Assembly (NCBI GenBank): GCA_947165945.1
Contig: CAMVCF010000004.1
Span: 1 to 51,832 of the forward strand
Direction of reading: 5' to 3'
Source: an uncultured Clostridia bacterium
GTDB taxonomy: Bacteria > Bacillota_I > Bacilli_A > RF39 > UBA660
Length of the DNA: 51,832 nt
Part shown: positions 38,571-48,523 of the stretch, one piece after another
Numbering within the stretch: the stretch's first letter is position 1
Layout: each line of letters opens with the position of its first letter
The notes under the pieces: model-generated
Database searches by the model: none
What the model was told of the DNA's origin: nothing
What the model saw: the letters and a program-made list of their open reading frames with translations, nothing else
Position numbers and translations under genes: made by a program

Positions 38571-39356
38571 ATGGGAAAAATAATTGCATTAGTAAATCAA
38601 AAAGGTGGAGTTGGTAAAACAACTACAAGTATAAATTTATCTGCATCCCTTGCACTTTTAGGAAAAAAAATCTTATTAATTGATCTTGATCCGCAAGGAA
38701 ATGCAACAACTGGAGTGGGAGTTAACAAAGGTGATATAACTAATAGTGTTTATGATCTCTTAAGAGGATCTTGTCAAATAGAAGAAGTTATCTTAAAAAC
38801 AGATTTTAAAAATTTATTTATATTACCTTCAACAATTCAACTTGCTGGTATTGATATAGAATTTATTGAAAAAAGTAAAAACGATCCAACATTTAAAAGA
38901 GCTTATCAATTAAAAGAAAAATTGGAAAGTGTTAAAGATAAGTTTGATTTTATCATTATAGATTGTCCTCCAAGTCTTGGAAATATTACAACAAATGCAT
39001 TAACTGCCAGTAATTCGGTTATTATTCCAGTTCAATGTGAATTCTTTGCATTAGAAGGAATTACTCAGTTATTAAATACAATTATGTTAACTCAAAAGAA
39101 TTTAAATCCAGAACTAGATTTAGAAGGAGTACTTCTTACTATGTTATCAAAGTCAAACTTAGGACTTGATGTAATTGAAGAAATTAGAAGTTATTTTAAA
39201 GACAGAGTATATGATACAATTATTCCTAGACTAATAAGGTTAGCAGAAGCACCAAGTCATGGAAAACCAATTGTTGCATATGATCCTAAAAGTAAAGGAT
39301 CAGAGGCATATATAAATTTAGCAAAGGAAGTGATTATGAGAAATGGAAACTGTTAG
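38571..39356 (+). CDS. soj: ParA/Soj ATPase
   Basis: NQKGGVGKTTT, DLDPQGNAT, DCPPSLG, PVQCEFFALEG, RLAEAPSHG; start set to the ATG at 38571. Confidence 0.97.
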   Translation: MGKIIALVNQKGGVGKTTTSINLSASLALLGKKILLIDLDPQGNATTGVGVNKGDITNSVYDLLRGSCQIEEVILKTDFKNLFILPSTIQLAGIDIEFIEKSKNDPTFKRAYQLKEKLESVKDKFDFIIIDCPPSLGNITTNALTASNSVIIPVQCEFFALEGITQLLNTIMLTQKNLNPELDLEGVLLTMLSKSNLGLDVIEEIRSYFKDRVYDTIIPRLIRLAEAPSHGKPIVAYDPKSKGSEAYINLAKEVIMRNGNC

Positions 39357-40227
39357 AAGAAGAGCCTTAGGCAAAGGACTTGAAGAGTTGTTTGGAGCAG
39401 AAGTACTTGATTTTGATACGTTAGAAGAAAAAATAGTTGAAGAAACACCAAAAGAAGAAATTAAACAAGTAAAGCTTGATGAGTTGAGAAGTAATCCATA
39501 TCAACCTAGAAAAGTATTTGATGAAAATGCTTTACAAGAACTTGCTAGTTCTATTAAAGAACATGGAGTATTTCAGCCTATTATTGTTAAAAGAAGTATA
39601 AAAGGATATGAAATAGTTGCTGGAGAGAGACGTGTAAAGGCAAGTAAATTAGCAGGTAGAGAAACAATTCCTGCTATTATAAGAGATTTTAACGATCAAG
39701 AAATGATGGAAATTGCTCTTCTGGAAAATTTACAGAGAGAAGATTTAAATCCTATAGAAGAAGCAATGGCATATCAAAATCTAATGGCATCCAGAGGATT
39801 AAATCATGAACAATTAGCAAGTCGTATTGGGAAAAGTCGTAGTTATGTAACAAATATGGTAGGACTTATGAATTTGCCAGATTCTGTAAAAGAACTCGTT
39901 ATTGCCAAAAAAATATCAGCAACTCATGCTAGGACACTTAGTAAAATTAAAGATCCGAATAAAGTAGAAGAAATGGCTGATCGAATTATAAATGAAGGGT
40001 TAACTACTTTAGCAATTGAAGAGATGACTCAAGATAAATCATTTGAAAAAAGAAATAAAATGGAAAGACGTGAAACTGAAGAAAATAAAACTTATAAGTA
40101 TATACAGGAACTTCTTTGTGATCGTCTTGCAACAAAGGTTCGTATAAGAGGAACTAAAATAGAGATAAATTTCCAAGATTTAGATGATTTTAATCGTATT
40201 ATGGATGCACTAAATATAAGGGAATGA
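39343..40227 (+). CDS. spo0J: ParB/Spo0J chromosome partitioning protein
   Basis: N-terminal ALGKGL, NPYQPR, AGERR, ENLQREDLNPIEEA. Confidence 0.95.
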   Translation: METVRRRALGKGLEELFGAEVLDFDTLEEKIVEETPKEEIKQVKLDELRSNPYQPRKVFDENALQELASSIKEHGVFQPIIVKRSIKGYEIVAGERRVKASKLAGRETIPAIIRDFNDQEMMEIALLENLQREDLNPIEEAMAYQNLMASRGLNHEQLASRIGKSRSYVTNMVGLMNLPDSVKELVIAKKISATHARTLSKIKDPNKVEEMADRIINEGLTTLAIEEMTQDKSFEKRNKMERRETEENKTYKYIQELLCDRLATKVRIRGTKIEINFQDLDDFNRIMDALNIRE

Positions 40228-40237
40228 GAGTGATAAT

Positions 40238-40441
40238 ATGAAGGATTTACAATATGATATAGGAACTCTTCTTACCATGAAAAAACCTCATCCATGTGGA
40301 TCGAATTTATGGGAAGTAGTAAGAATGGGAGCAGATATTAAAATTAAATGTATTAATTGTGGACATGTAGTTATGATTCCTAGAGTAGAATTTAATAAGA
40401 AAATAAAAAAGATTATTCCTAGGAGTGATCAAAATGAATAA
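40238..40441 (+). CDS. DUF951 family protein
   Basis: MKKPHPCGS..W...RMGADIKIKC..CGH. Confidence 0.92.
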   Translation: MKDLQYDIGTLLTMKKPHPCGSNLWEVVRMGADIKIKCINCGHVVMIPRVEFNKKIKKIIPRSDQNE

Positions 40442-42023
40442 AAAGAAAAAATTAAAATTAAAAAAATTAAAACTTCATCCAATTAGTATATATCTTATTT
40501 TAATCGTTGGAACAATAATATTTAGTGGAATATTATCTTTATTTAATTTTCAAACAACATATAGTACAGTTAGTGGAACAGATTTATCAATTGTTCAGAA
40601 TACTATTGCAGTTGAAAATTTATTTACTTTTGATGGTTTAAAATATATTATTAGTAATGCAACCAGAAATTTTATTAGTTTTGCTCCCCTATCGATGTTT
40701 TTATTAATGGCAATTGGAATTTCAATATTAGATGCAAGTGGATGTTTAGAGTTTTTAAATAAAAAGGTATTTAGTAAAATAGATTATAAAGTAATTACAT
40801 TTATAATTATCTTTATTGCAACAATATCAACTATAATAAATGATATAGGTTATATTATTTTAATTCCTTTAGCTGCAACTATTTATGAAAAAAAAGGAAG
40901 AAATCCAATATCAGGAATTATAGCAGCATTTTGTGGGGTAGCTTTTGGTACAGGTACAACAATTTTTGTTGGTTCAAGTGAAGTTTCTTTAATTCCTTAT
41001 ACAACTAGTGCTTCAAGAATTGTTGATGAAGCATATCATGTTAGTTTATTATCAAATTTATATATTATGCTTATATCAACATTAGTATTATCGATCGTTG
41101 GGACTTTAATTATTGAAAAAATAATTGTTCCAAAGTATGGTAAAATAAAAGAAAAAAAAGAATTAATAGATGAAGATGTTGAAGTTATTGATATAGAAAG
41201 CGAAGAAGAAAAATTAAATCAAGAATATTTAGAAGCTAGAGGATTAAAGTATTCTTTAATTGCATCTTTAATTATGATAGTAATTTTTATTTATTCAGTT
41301 ATTCCAAATTTACCTCTTTCGGGACTTCTTCTTGATATGAATGAAAAGACATATTTAAGGCAAATATTTGGAGATAATTCTTATTTTCAAGATGGATTTA
41401 CTTATATGATGGCATTACTTTTTATTGTATCAGGAATATTTTATGGAATAGGCTCTAAGAATTTTAAAAGTGATAGAGACGTCTTTAAATTAAGTCATGA
41501 TAGTTTAAAAGATTTTGGTGGTGTTATTATATTAATATTTTTAGCATCCCAATTTATCGCTATTTTTAAAAAAACAAATATAGGTATAATTCTTACAGGA
41601 ATTGTTGCTAATGTGATAGATAGTTTAACTTTTTCTGGAATACCACTTTTAATAATTGCAATTTTATTAATAGCTTTTGCTAATTTATTCTTGACAACAG
41701 CATCTCTTAAATGGGAAATTTTAGCCCCTGTTATTGTTCCACCTTTAATGCAATCAAATATTTCTCCTCAATTTTTACAATTTGTACTTAGGGCTGGAGA
41801 TTCAATGACAAAGGGAGTTACTCCTTTATCAGCATTTTTTGTTATATATCTTGCATATATAAATATATATAATAAAGATATAGATAATCCTATTGGAATT
41901 TTTAAAGCAATTAAATTAATCATGCCATATTTTTTAATAATTTCTGCAACATGGTTGCTACTTTTAATAGGATGGTATATAATAGGTTTACCAATTGGAC
42001 CAGGAGTATATCCTACAGTATAA
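40434..42023 (+). CDS. AbgT family transporter
   Basis: LHP, V.NL...DGL, NF..FAPL, GRNP..G..AAF.GV.FG, C-terminal GLPIGPG; many TM helices. Confidence 0.88.
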   Translation: MNKKKKLKLKKLKLHPISIYLILIVGTIIFSGILSLFNFQTTYSTVSGTDLSIVQNTIAVENLFTFDGLKYIISNATRNFISFAPLSMFLLMAIGISILDASGCLEFLNKKVFSKIDYKVITFIIIFIATISTIINDIGYIILIPLAATIYEKKGRNPISGIIAAFCGVAFGTGTTIFVGSSEVSLIPYTTSASRIVDEAYHVSLLSNLYIMLISTLVLSIVGTLIIEKIIVPKYGKIKEKKELIDEDVEVIDIESEEEKLNQEYLEARGLKYSLIASLIMIVIFIYSVIPNLPLSGLLLDMNEKTYLRQIFGDNSYFQDGFTYMMALLFIVSGIFYGIGSKNFKSDRDVFKLSHDSLKDFGGVIILIFLASQFIAIFKKTNIGIILTGIVANVIDSLTFSGIPLLIIAILLIAFANLFLTTASLKWEILAPVIVPPLMQSNISPQFLQFVLRAGDSMTKGVTPLSAFFVIYLAYINIYNKDIDNPIGIFKAIKLIMPYFLIISATWLLLLIGWYIIGLPIGPGVYPTV

Positions 42024-42056
42024 ATTGATTGGTGATAAATTAAAAGGAGTGAAATT

Positions 42057-43154
42057 ATGTTAAAAGCAGGAATAGTTGGACTTCCAAATGTTGGCAAATC
42101 AACTTTATTTAATGCAATAACTAAACAAGAAATACTTGCAGCTAACTATCCATTTGCAACAATTGATCCTAATGTTGGAGTGGTAAATGTTCCAGATAAA
42201 AGAATGAATGTTTTAAATGATTTATATATGCCTGAAAGATTAATTCTTGCAAGCTTTGAGTTTACTGATATTGCAGGTCTTGTAAAGGGTGCATCTAATG
42301 GAGAAGGACTTGGAAATAAGTTTTTATCTCATATAAGAGAAGTTGATGCAATAGTTGAAGTAGTAAGATGTTTTGATGATACAAATATTATCCATGTTGA
42401 AGGATCCCCTGATCCAGTAAGAGATGTAGAAATAATTAATATTGAGCTTACAATAAGTGATTTAGAGATAGTAAATAATCGTCTAGGCAAAATAGAAAAA
42501 AAAGCTATGACCACTAAAGACTCTGATTCTTTGATTGAAGTATCGGCTTTAAGAAAAGCAAAAGATGCCCTTGAAAAAGCTATTCCTCTTAGAGAAATAG
42601 AGTTTACAGATGATGAACTTGAAAAGATTAAATCATTTCAATTTTTAACAAGTAAGCCAATTCTTTACCTTGCTAATGTTTCTGAAAATGATTTAGGTGC
42701 ATACGATAACAAATATGTAAAAGAATTAAAAGATTATTTAAAAAATACAGATACCAGAGTAATTAAAACTTGTTGTAAAGTTGAAAGTGAGCTTGCTGAA
42801 CTTTCTATAGAGGAAAAAAATGAAATGCTTGAAATGTTAGGAATTAAATCAAGTGGACTTGATGATTTAATAAATGCAACGTATAGTCTTTTAGGTCTTA
42901 AAACTTATTTTACAGTAGGAAGCGATGAAGTAAGAGCTTGGACTTATAAAGATGGTATGAATGCAAGGGATTGTGCAGGAATTATTCATACTGATTTTCG
43001 AGATGGTTTTATTAAAGCTGAAGTTATGAGTTATGATGATTTAATTAAATATGGTGATGAGCAAAAAGTAAAAGAGGCAGGTCGTCTTCGTATAGAAGGA
43101 CGTGATTATTTAATGAAAGACGGAGACATCTGTCATTTCCGTTTTAATAAATAA
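42057..43154 (+). CDS. ychF: Redox-regulated ATPase YchF
   Basis: GIVGLPNVGKSTLFNA, ANYPFATI, DIAGLVKGAS.GEGLGNKFL, EVRAW, FRFN. Confidence 0.98.
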   Translation: MLKAGIVGLPNVGKSTLFNAITKQEILAANYPFATIDPNVGVVNVPDKRMNVLNDLYMPERLILASFEFTDIAGLVKGASNGEGLGNKFLSHIREVDAIVEVVRCFDDTNIIHVEGSPDPVRDVEIINIELTISDLEIVNNRLGKIEKKAMTTKDSDSLIEVSALRKAKDALEKAIPLREIEFTDDELEKIKSFQFLTSKPILYLANVSENDLGAYDNKYVKELKDYLKNTDTRVIKTCCKVESELAELSIEEKNEMLEMLGIKSSGLDDLINATYSLLGLKTYFTVGSDEVRAWTYKDGMNARDCAGIIHTDFRDGFIKAEVMSYDDLIKYGDEQKVKEAGRLRIEGRDYLMKDGDICHFRFNK

Positions 43155-43174
43155 AAAGAAAGAAAGGTGTAAAA

Positions 43175-43879
43175 ATGGTTAATTTTAATTTAGAGGGTTT
43201 AGAAGGTTTAGAAAATTTAAAAGATATTGATGGCTTAGATAGGATTTTAAGCATTTTAGGAGGAGCAAGCATATTAATAATTTTCTTTGCAGTTTTATTT
43301 GCAATAGCATTAGTATTTTTATGGGTATTCTCAAGTATTGGAATTATGAATACAGCTAAGAAAAATAATATTCCTAACCCATGGCTTGCATTTATTCCTG
43401 TTGGAAGAAGTTATTTAATTGGAAAACTTGGATTTGAAGTATATGCTCTTGACTCTAAAAAGAATTCTACATTTACTTGGGTAACTTTAGGACTTTCGGC
43501 TGCATCAGTTGTTTTAGGAAATGATGGTGATTTATCAAAATTAATTTCTCTTGGACTACTAGTGTTTGAAAGTTGGGCTTTTTATAATATGTTTAAAGCT
43601 ATGAATCCTAAAAATTCAGTTATTTATACTGTTATTACAGTTATAACAGATACTTTATTTGGAGGAATATTCCTTTATACTATGAAAGAAAATGATTCAG
43701 TTGAACAAGGAATCAATAAAGGAAATGTGTCAATTGATGCATCTCAAAAAGAAGAAAAAGAAAATAAAAAAGAAATAAAAAAAGAAGAATCTAAAATAAG
43801 TAACTATTGTCCAAATTGTGGAACTAAATTAACAAAGAATGTTAAGTTTTGTCCAGAATGTGGTAAGAAAGTAAATTAA
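43175..43879 (+). CDS. Membrane protein with C-terminal double zinc ribbon
   Basis: PWLAFIP motif, about 4-5 TM segments, CPNCG...FCPECG. Confidence 0.85.
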   Translation: MVNFNLEGLEGLENLKDIDGLDRILSILGGASILIIFFAVLFAIALVFLWVFSSIGIMNTAKKNNIPNPWLAFIPVGRSYLIGKLGFEVYALDSKKNSTFTWVTLGLSAASVVLGNDGDLSKLISLGLLVFESWAFYNMFKAMNPKNSVIYTVITVITDTLFGGIFLYTMKENDSVEQGINKGNVSIDASQKEEKENKKEIKKEESKISNYCPNCGTKLTKNVKFCPECGKKVN

Positions 43880-43906
43880 AAGGTAATCGTTATTCGATTA
43901 CCTTTT
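43878..43906. terminator. Bidirectional terminator between convergent genes
   Basis: AAAAGGTAATCG-TTATT-CGATTACCTTTT. Confidence 0.85.
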
Positions 43907-44822
43907 CTAATGCTTTTCCTTGATAAGTATTTCTTTTTTTTAATTCTTTATCTATATCATTTAAAATAACAAATTTTTTTATTAACCAATTAGGTTCTAC
44001 TAAATCATCTACTTTTGGATCTCCTGTAATTCTATGGATAACAATAGATGGTTTTAATAATTCTAGTTGTGATACAACGATATCTATATATTCATCTTTA
44101 GTAAGTACATGAAATTTTTTATTTTCATATAATTTTTCTAGCTTTGTATTTTTTAAAATATGTAACATGTGTATTTTTATTCCCTCTATATCTAGTTTGT
44201 TTAAGTATTTAACAGTTTCAATCATCATATCTTTTGTTTCATATGGGAGTCCATTTATGATATGAACAACTACATTTATTTTTTTTTCTCGAAGTTTTAA
44301 AACCATATTTTCAAATTCTTTTAAAGTGTGGCATCTATTAATAAGTTCGCTTGTTTTATCATGAATTGTTTGAAGACCAAGTTCTATTGTTAAATAAGTT
44401 CTTTTATTTAAATCGCTTAAATAATCTAAACACTCATCTGTAATAGAATCAGGACGAGTTGCAATGTTAAGTCCTACAACATTATCTTGTTTTAAAATAG
44501 GTTCAAAAACACTTTTTAATTTATCAACACTTGCATAAGTATTAGTTCCTGCTTGAAAGTAACCAATAAATTTTGCATCGTGCCATTTATTTGTCATAAT
44601 TTTTTTTACATCATTAAACTGTTCAACAATATCCTTTGTAGATTCACCAGCATATTCCCCACTTTTTAAATTAGAACAATAAATACATCCCCCTACCCCT
44701 TTAGTTCCGTCCCTGTTAGGACATGTAAAGTTGGCATTAAGACTTATTTTAGCAATTTTACACCCAAATTTTTCTTTATAAAAACTATCTAAAGTATAAT
44801 ATCTTTTATTGTTAATGTACAT
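43890..44822 (-). CDS. TIGR01212-type radical SAM protein (YtqA/YhcC family)
   Basis: FTCPNRDGT.G.GGCIYC, YFQAGTNTY, ATRPD, ELGLQT, HIINGLP, HRITGD. Confidence 0.93.
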   Translation of the reverse strand: MYINNKRYYTLDSFYKEKFGCKIAKISLNANFTCPNRDGTKGVGGCIYCSNLKSGEYAGESTKDIVEQFNDVKKIMTNKWHDAKFIGYFQAGTNTYASVDKLKSVFEPILKQDNVVGLNIATRPDSITDECLDYLSDLNKRTYLTIELGLQTIHDKTSELINRCHTLKEFENMVLKLREKKINVVVHIINGLPYETKDMMIETVKYLNKLDIEGIKIHMLHILKNTKLEKLYENKKFHVLTKDEYIDIVVSQLELLKPSIVIHRITGDPKVDDLVEPNWLIKKFVILNDIDKELKKRNTYQGKALEKVIE

Positions 44823-44903
44823 CTAAATCACCAGAAAGTAGAATAACATAATTTAATTATTTATACAAGTAATGAATAAAAAGATATTTATGATAATCTT
44901 TAA

Positions 44904-44932
44904 TTTACAAACTTGATAATACATGATATACT
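44904..44932 (+). promoter_or_regulatory. SigA promoter
   Basis: TTTACA-N17-TATACT with extended TG. Confidence 0.65.
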
Positions 44933-44956
44933 TTATTAGTAAAATATGAGGCATAT

Positions 44957-46069
44957 ATGAAAAAAAGAAGAATAAAAAAGAAAAGTTTTATTATAGTAAT
45001 CATATTATTTGTTTTAGTTATAGAAATAATAAATCCTATTAAGCTATATAATAAATATCTATTAAAAAATCTAAACTACAGTGATCAATCAATTGAAGTT
45101 ATATTAAAAAATAATTTAAAAAAAGAAGTACTTGAAATTGAGTATAATAAAGCATTAGATATAGTTTTTGAGAGTAAGGATTTTAAATCTAAAAACTTTA
45201 ATATATATAAAAAATTAAATTATTATAATTTAAGTGATTATACTAAAAATGTTAATATGCTAATTGATAAGGGTTATAGTCCAAATGATATTAATAATAT
45301 TTTAAAAAGTGCTACTAATGATTCTTTAAAAGATTTTTTAGAGAATGATTATATAGAAAACGTATCTAAATTTTTAGAATATGATTTTTCAATTTTAGAA
45401 AACTATGATAGATATGTAAATTATCAAAATAAATTTAATATAGATAAAGAATTAGTTGTTATTTATGTTAATATTGGTCTTGATAAAGAATATTATGAAG
45501 ATACTAAAATAACAAATAGTTTTAGCTATGATATGTTAATTAATAAGTATCGTGGAGTAAGTGAAGATTTTATTCCGGATAATTTAGTTGATGTGCCGAG
45601 TGAATATGGAAAAGGCCAAAAGTTAAATGAAGAAGCTTTAAAAGCATTTATAAAAATGAGTGATGATTGTAAAGCTATGACATCTTTTAGCTTATTAGTA
45701 AGATCAGGATATAGAGATTTCACTGAGCAAGAAAAAACTTATAATACATATTTAAAAGCATATGGAAAAAAATATGCTGAAAATTATGTAACTCATCCTG
45801 GTTACTCTGAGCATCATACAGGACTTGCTATTGATATTAAAGCTGAATCAAGTGATGTATTTTTAGGTTCTAAAGAAAGTAAGTGGACTTATGATAATGC
45901 TTATAAATACGGATTTATTTTAAGATATAAAAAAGAGTATGAAAATATTACAGGAATTAAATATGAATCATGGCATTTTCGATATGTAGGAGACGAAATT
46001 GCAAAGTACCTTCATGATAATGAAATGACTTATGAAGAATATTATATTAGATTTTTAAATAATAAATAG
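44957..46069 (+). CDS. M15B family carboxypeptidase (VanY/LdcB-like), membrane-anchored
   Basis: N-terminal TM, SGYR, PGYSEHHTGLAID, YGFILRY, YESWHFRYVG. Confidence 0.9.
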   Translation: MKKRRIKKKSFIIVIILFVLVIEIINPIKLYNKYLLKNLNYSDQSIEVILKNNLKKEVLEIEYNKALDIVFESKDFKSKNFNIYKKLNYYNLSDYTKNVNMLIDKGYSPNDINNILKSATNDSLKDFLENDYIENVSKFLEYDFSILENYDRYVNYQNKFNIDKELVVIYVNIGLDKEYYEDTKITNSFSYDMLINKYRGVSEDFIPDNLVDVPSEYGKGQKLNEEALKAFIKMSDDCKAMTSFSLLVRSGYRDFTEQEKTYNTYLKAYGKKYAENYVTHPGYSEHHTGLAIDIKAESSDVFLGSKESKWTYDNAYKYGFILRYKKEYENITGIKYESWHFRYVGDEIAKYLHDNEMTYEEYYIRFLNNK

Positions 46070-46078
46070 GAGGTTAAT

Positions 46079-48466
46079 ATGTATGATTTAGGTCCTCAGT
46101 TTAGAATAAACCAAGAATTTTTAAAAGTAAATGATAAAGCAGTTATAATTGGAAATAGATTTAGAATACAAATTCTAACTGAAAGATTAATTCGTTTTGA
46201 ATATTCAGAGCAAGGTAAATTTGTCGATGCTAGTAGTGCAAATGTTGTTAGAAGAAATTTTGATTTACCAAAATATATTTTAAAAGAAGATGAAGCATAT
46301 ATTTATATTGAAACAAAATATGTTCAAATTAAGTATCAAAAAAATGCAAAATTTTCAGAGAGAACTCTATCAGGAACTATTCTTTATAGTAAAAAGAATT
46401 GGTTTTATAATCAAAAAGAAGTTAGGAATTATGGTGGTACAACTATATCTTTGGATAATACCAATAAGATGCCAAATTTGAATAAAGGTTTATTTAATCC
46501 GGATTTTTTCTTTGTTTTTGATGATTCAAATACTATTTTATATGATGAGTATTCAAACGTTTATAAAAGAATAGATGGTAATAAGGATTTTTATTTATTT
46601 GCATACAGTAATGATCTTAATGAAGTATTCCATGATTATTTTACTTTGACAGGTAATCCAGCTTTTATTCCAAGATATTCACTTGGTAATTGGTGGAGTA
46701 GAGATATTCCATATAGTGATGAGCATATTATTCCTCTTATGAATAAATTTAGAATGAATAGTATTCCAATTTCAGTATTCTTGTTTGATAAAGATTGGAG
46801 TTTTAAAGATGATAAAATATCTAAAACATCTGGTTTTACATTTAATTCTAAATTAATCAAAGATCCAAAATCAACTATAGATATATTACATAAAATGAAT
46901 GTTCACGTTGGAGTTAAAATTAACCCAAAAGATGGAATATTTTCCTATGAAAATAATTTTGAAATAGCTAAACAATATATTCCATTAAATAATAAAGGTT
47001 ATATCGATTTTAACCCAATGGATGCAAGATTTATGGATTTATATTTTAAAATATTTATTCATCCATTAGAAAACTTAGGAATAGATTTATTTTGGAATGA
47101 TTATGATGTTTTAGAAAATAGAAATTCTTTGTTTATTTTAAATGATTATATGAAAAAGGATATGGAAAGAAATGATAAAAGAAGTCTTATATTAGGACGA
47201 AATGCAAATTTTGCTCCTCATAGATACCCTATTCTTTATTCAGGAAAAAATATTATATCATTTGAAGTATTACAATTTTTACCTTTATTTAATATTACAG
47301 CATCAAATATTGGAGTTTCTTATTGGAGTCATGATATTGGTGGATCAGTTGGTGGCATAGAAGATAATGAACTTTATATTAGAAGTGTTGAATTTGGAGT
47401 TTTTTCTCCTTTCTTAAGGTTTAATACAGAGTATGGGACATATTATAAAAGAGAACCATGGAGATGGGATGTTGTTACTAATAATATTGTAAGTTATTAT
47501 TTAAGACTTAGAAATCAAATTATTCCGTATTTATATACTGAAATTTATCATTATCATAAGGATGGAATACCTTTAATTAGACCGCTTTATTATGATTATC
47601 CATTTGTATATGATGATCCAGTTTATATTAATGAGTATTATTTTGGTTCATCTATGTTAATTTCTCCAATTGTTAAAAAATCAGATCCATTAATTGATAG
47701 AACAATTCAAAGATTTTTTATTCCTGAAGGAATTTGGTATGATTTTAAAACTGGAAAAAAGTTTGTTGGTAATAAAAAATATGTATCATTTTATAATATC
47801 GAAGATTATCCAGTATTTGTAAAAGCAGGGGGAATAATTCCTTTAGCTGGAATTAATGATTTAATGACAACTGAATCACCTAAAGAATTAGAAATACATG
47901 TATTTCCTGGTAAAAGTAATTCATATAGTTTATATGAAGATGATGGTATTACAAATAATTATAAAAATGGTAATTATGTTATTACAAATATTGATTATAA
48001 TTATTTAAATAATAACTATACATTAATAATTAGAACCGTAGAAGGAAAAAGTAATTTATTATTTTCAAAAAGAGATTATAAAATTCGTTTTCGAAATACC
48101 AAACAAGCAAGTGATATAAAAGTTTATTCAAATGAAGAAGAAATACCATTTACATCATATTTAATGGATAATGACTTTGTAATAGAAATTAAAGATGTTT
48201 TAACATCATCTCAATTAACAATTAACTGTAAGGGAACAGACATTGAAATAGATGCCTTAATGTTAATAAATGATGATATTGATAGCATATTATCTGATTT
48301 AAAAGTACCAACTAATTTAAAAGATACAATTGCTCATATTTTATTTAGTGAAGAAATATCTATTTCTAAAAAACGTATTGAAATTAGAAAATTAAAAAGA
48401 CGTGGATTAGATAAAAGAAGTATTAAGATATTTTTAAGATTAATTGAATATATGAGTGAAGTATAA
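46079..48466 (+). CDS. Glycoside hydrolase family 31 protein with the acid/base Asp replaced
   Basis: LTG..AFIPRYSLGNWWSR, DKDW, FWND, HRYP..YSG[K], WSHDIGG, PYLYT, YEDDG. Confidence 0.88.
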   Translation: MYDLGPQFRINQEFLKVNDKAVIIGNRFRIQILTERLIRFEYSEQGKFVDASSANVVRRNFDLPKYILKEDEAYIYIETKYVQIKYQKNAKFSERTLSGTILYSKKNWFYNQKEVRNYGGTTISLDNTNKMPNLNKGLFNPDFFFVFDDSNTILYDEYSNVYKRIDGNKDFYLFAYSNDLNEVFHDYFTLTGNPAFIPRYSLGNWWSRDIPYSDEHIIPLMNKFRMNSIPISVFLFDKDWSFKDDKISKTSGFTFNSKLIKDPKSTIDILHKMNVHVGVKINPKDGIFSYENNFEIAKQYIPLNNKGYIDFNPMDARFMDLYFKIFIHPLENLGIDLFWNDYDVLENRNSLFILNDYMKKDMERNDKRSLILGRNANFAPHRYPILYSGKNIISFEVLQFLPLFNITASNIGVSYWSHDIGGSVGGIEDNELYIRSVEFGVFSPFLRFNTEYGTYYKREPWRWDVVTNNIVSYYLRLRNQIIPYLYTEIYHYHKDGIPLIRPLYYDYPFVYDDPVYINEYYFGSSMLISPIVKKSDPLIDRTIQRFFIPEGIWYDFKTGKKFVGNKKYVSFYNIEDYPVFVKAGGIIPLAGINDLMTTESPKELEIHVFPGKSNSYSLYEDDGITNNYKNGNYVITNIDYNYLNNNYTLIIRTVEGKSNLLFSKRDYKIRFRNTKQASDIKVYSNEEEIPFTSYLMDNDFVIEIKDVLTSSQLTINCKGTDIEIDALMLINDDIDSILSDLKVPTNLKDTIAHILFSEEISISKKRIEIRKLKRRGLDKRSIKIFLRLIEYMSEV

Positions 48467-48467
48467 T

Positions 48468-48496
48468 TTGACAAAAATGTATCTAAATAGTAAAAT
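48468..48496 (+). promoter_or_regulatory. SigA promoter
   Basis: TTGACA-N17-TAAAAT. Confidence 0.75.
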
Positions 48497-48523
48497 ACTA
48501 CCTCAGAGATAGGGGTAGTATTT
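48493..48523 (+). terminator. Hairpin spanning the -10 and SD of the next gene
   Basis: AAATACTACCTC-AGAGATA-GGGGTAGTATTT, a 12-bp stem; its last A-T pair and the start codon region abut at 48523-48524. Confidence 0.6.

Noticed and set aside
44957-46069. Vancomycin resistance gene vanY
   Set aside because: No vanHAX or vanRS nearby; a housekeeping M15B carboxypeptidase is more parsimonious.
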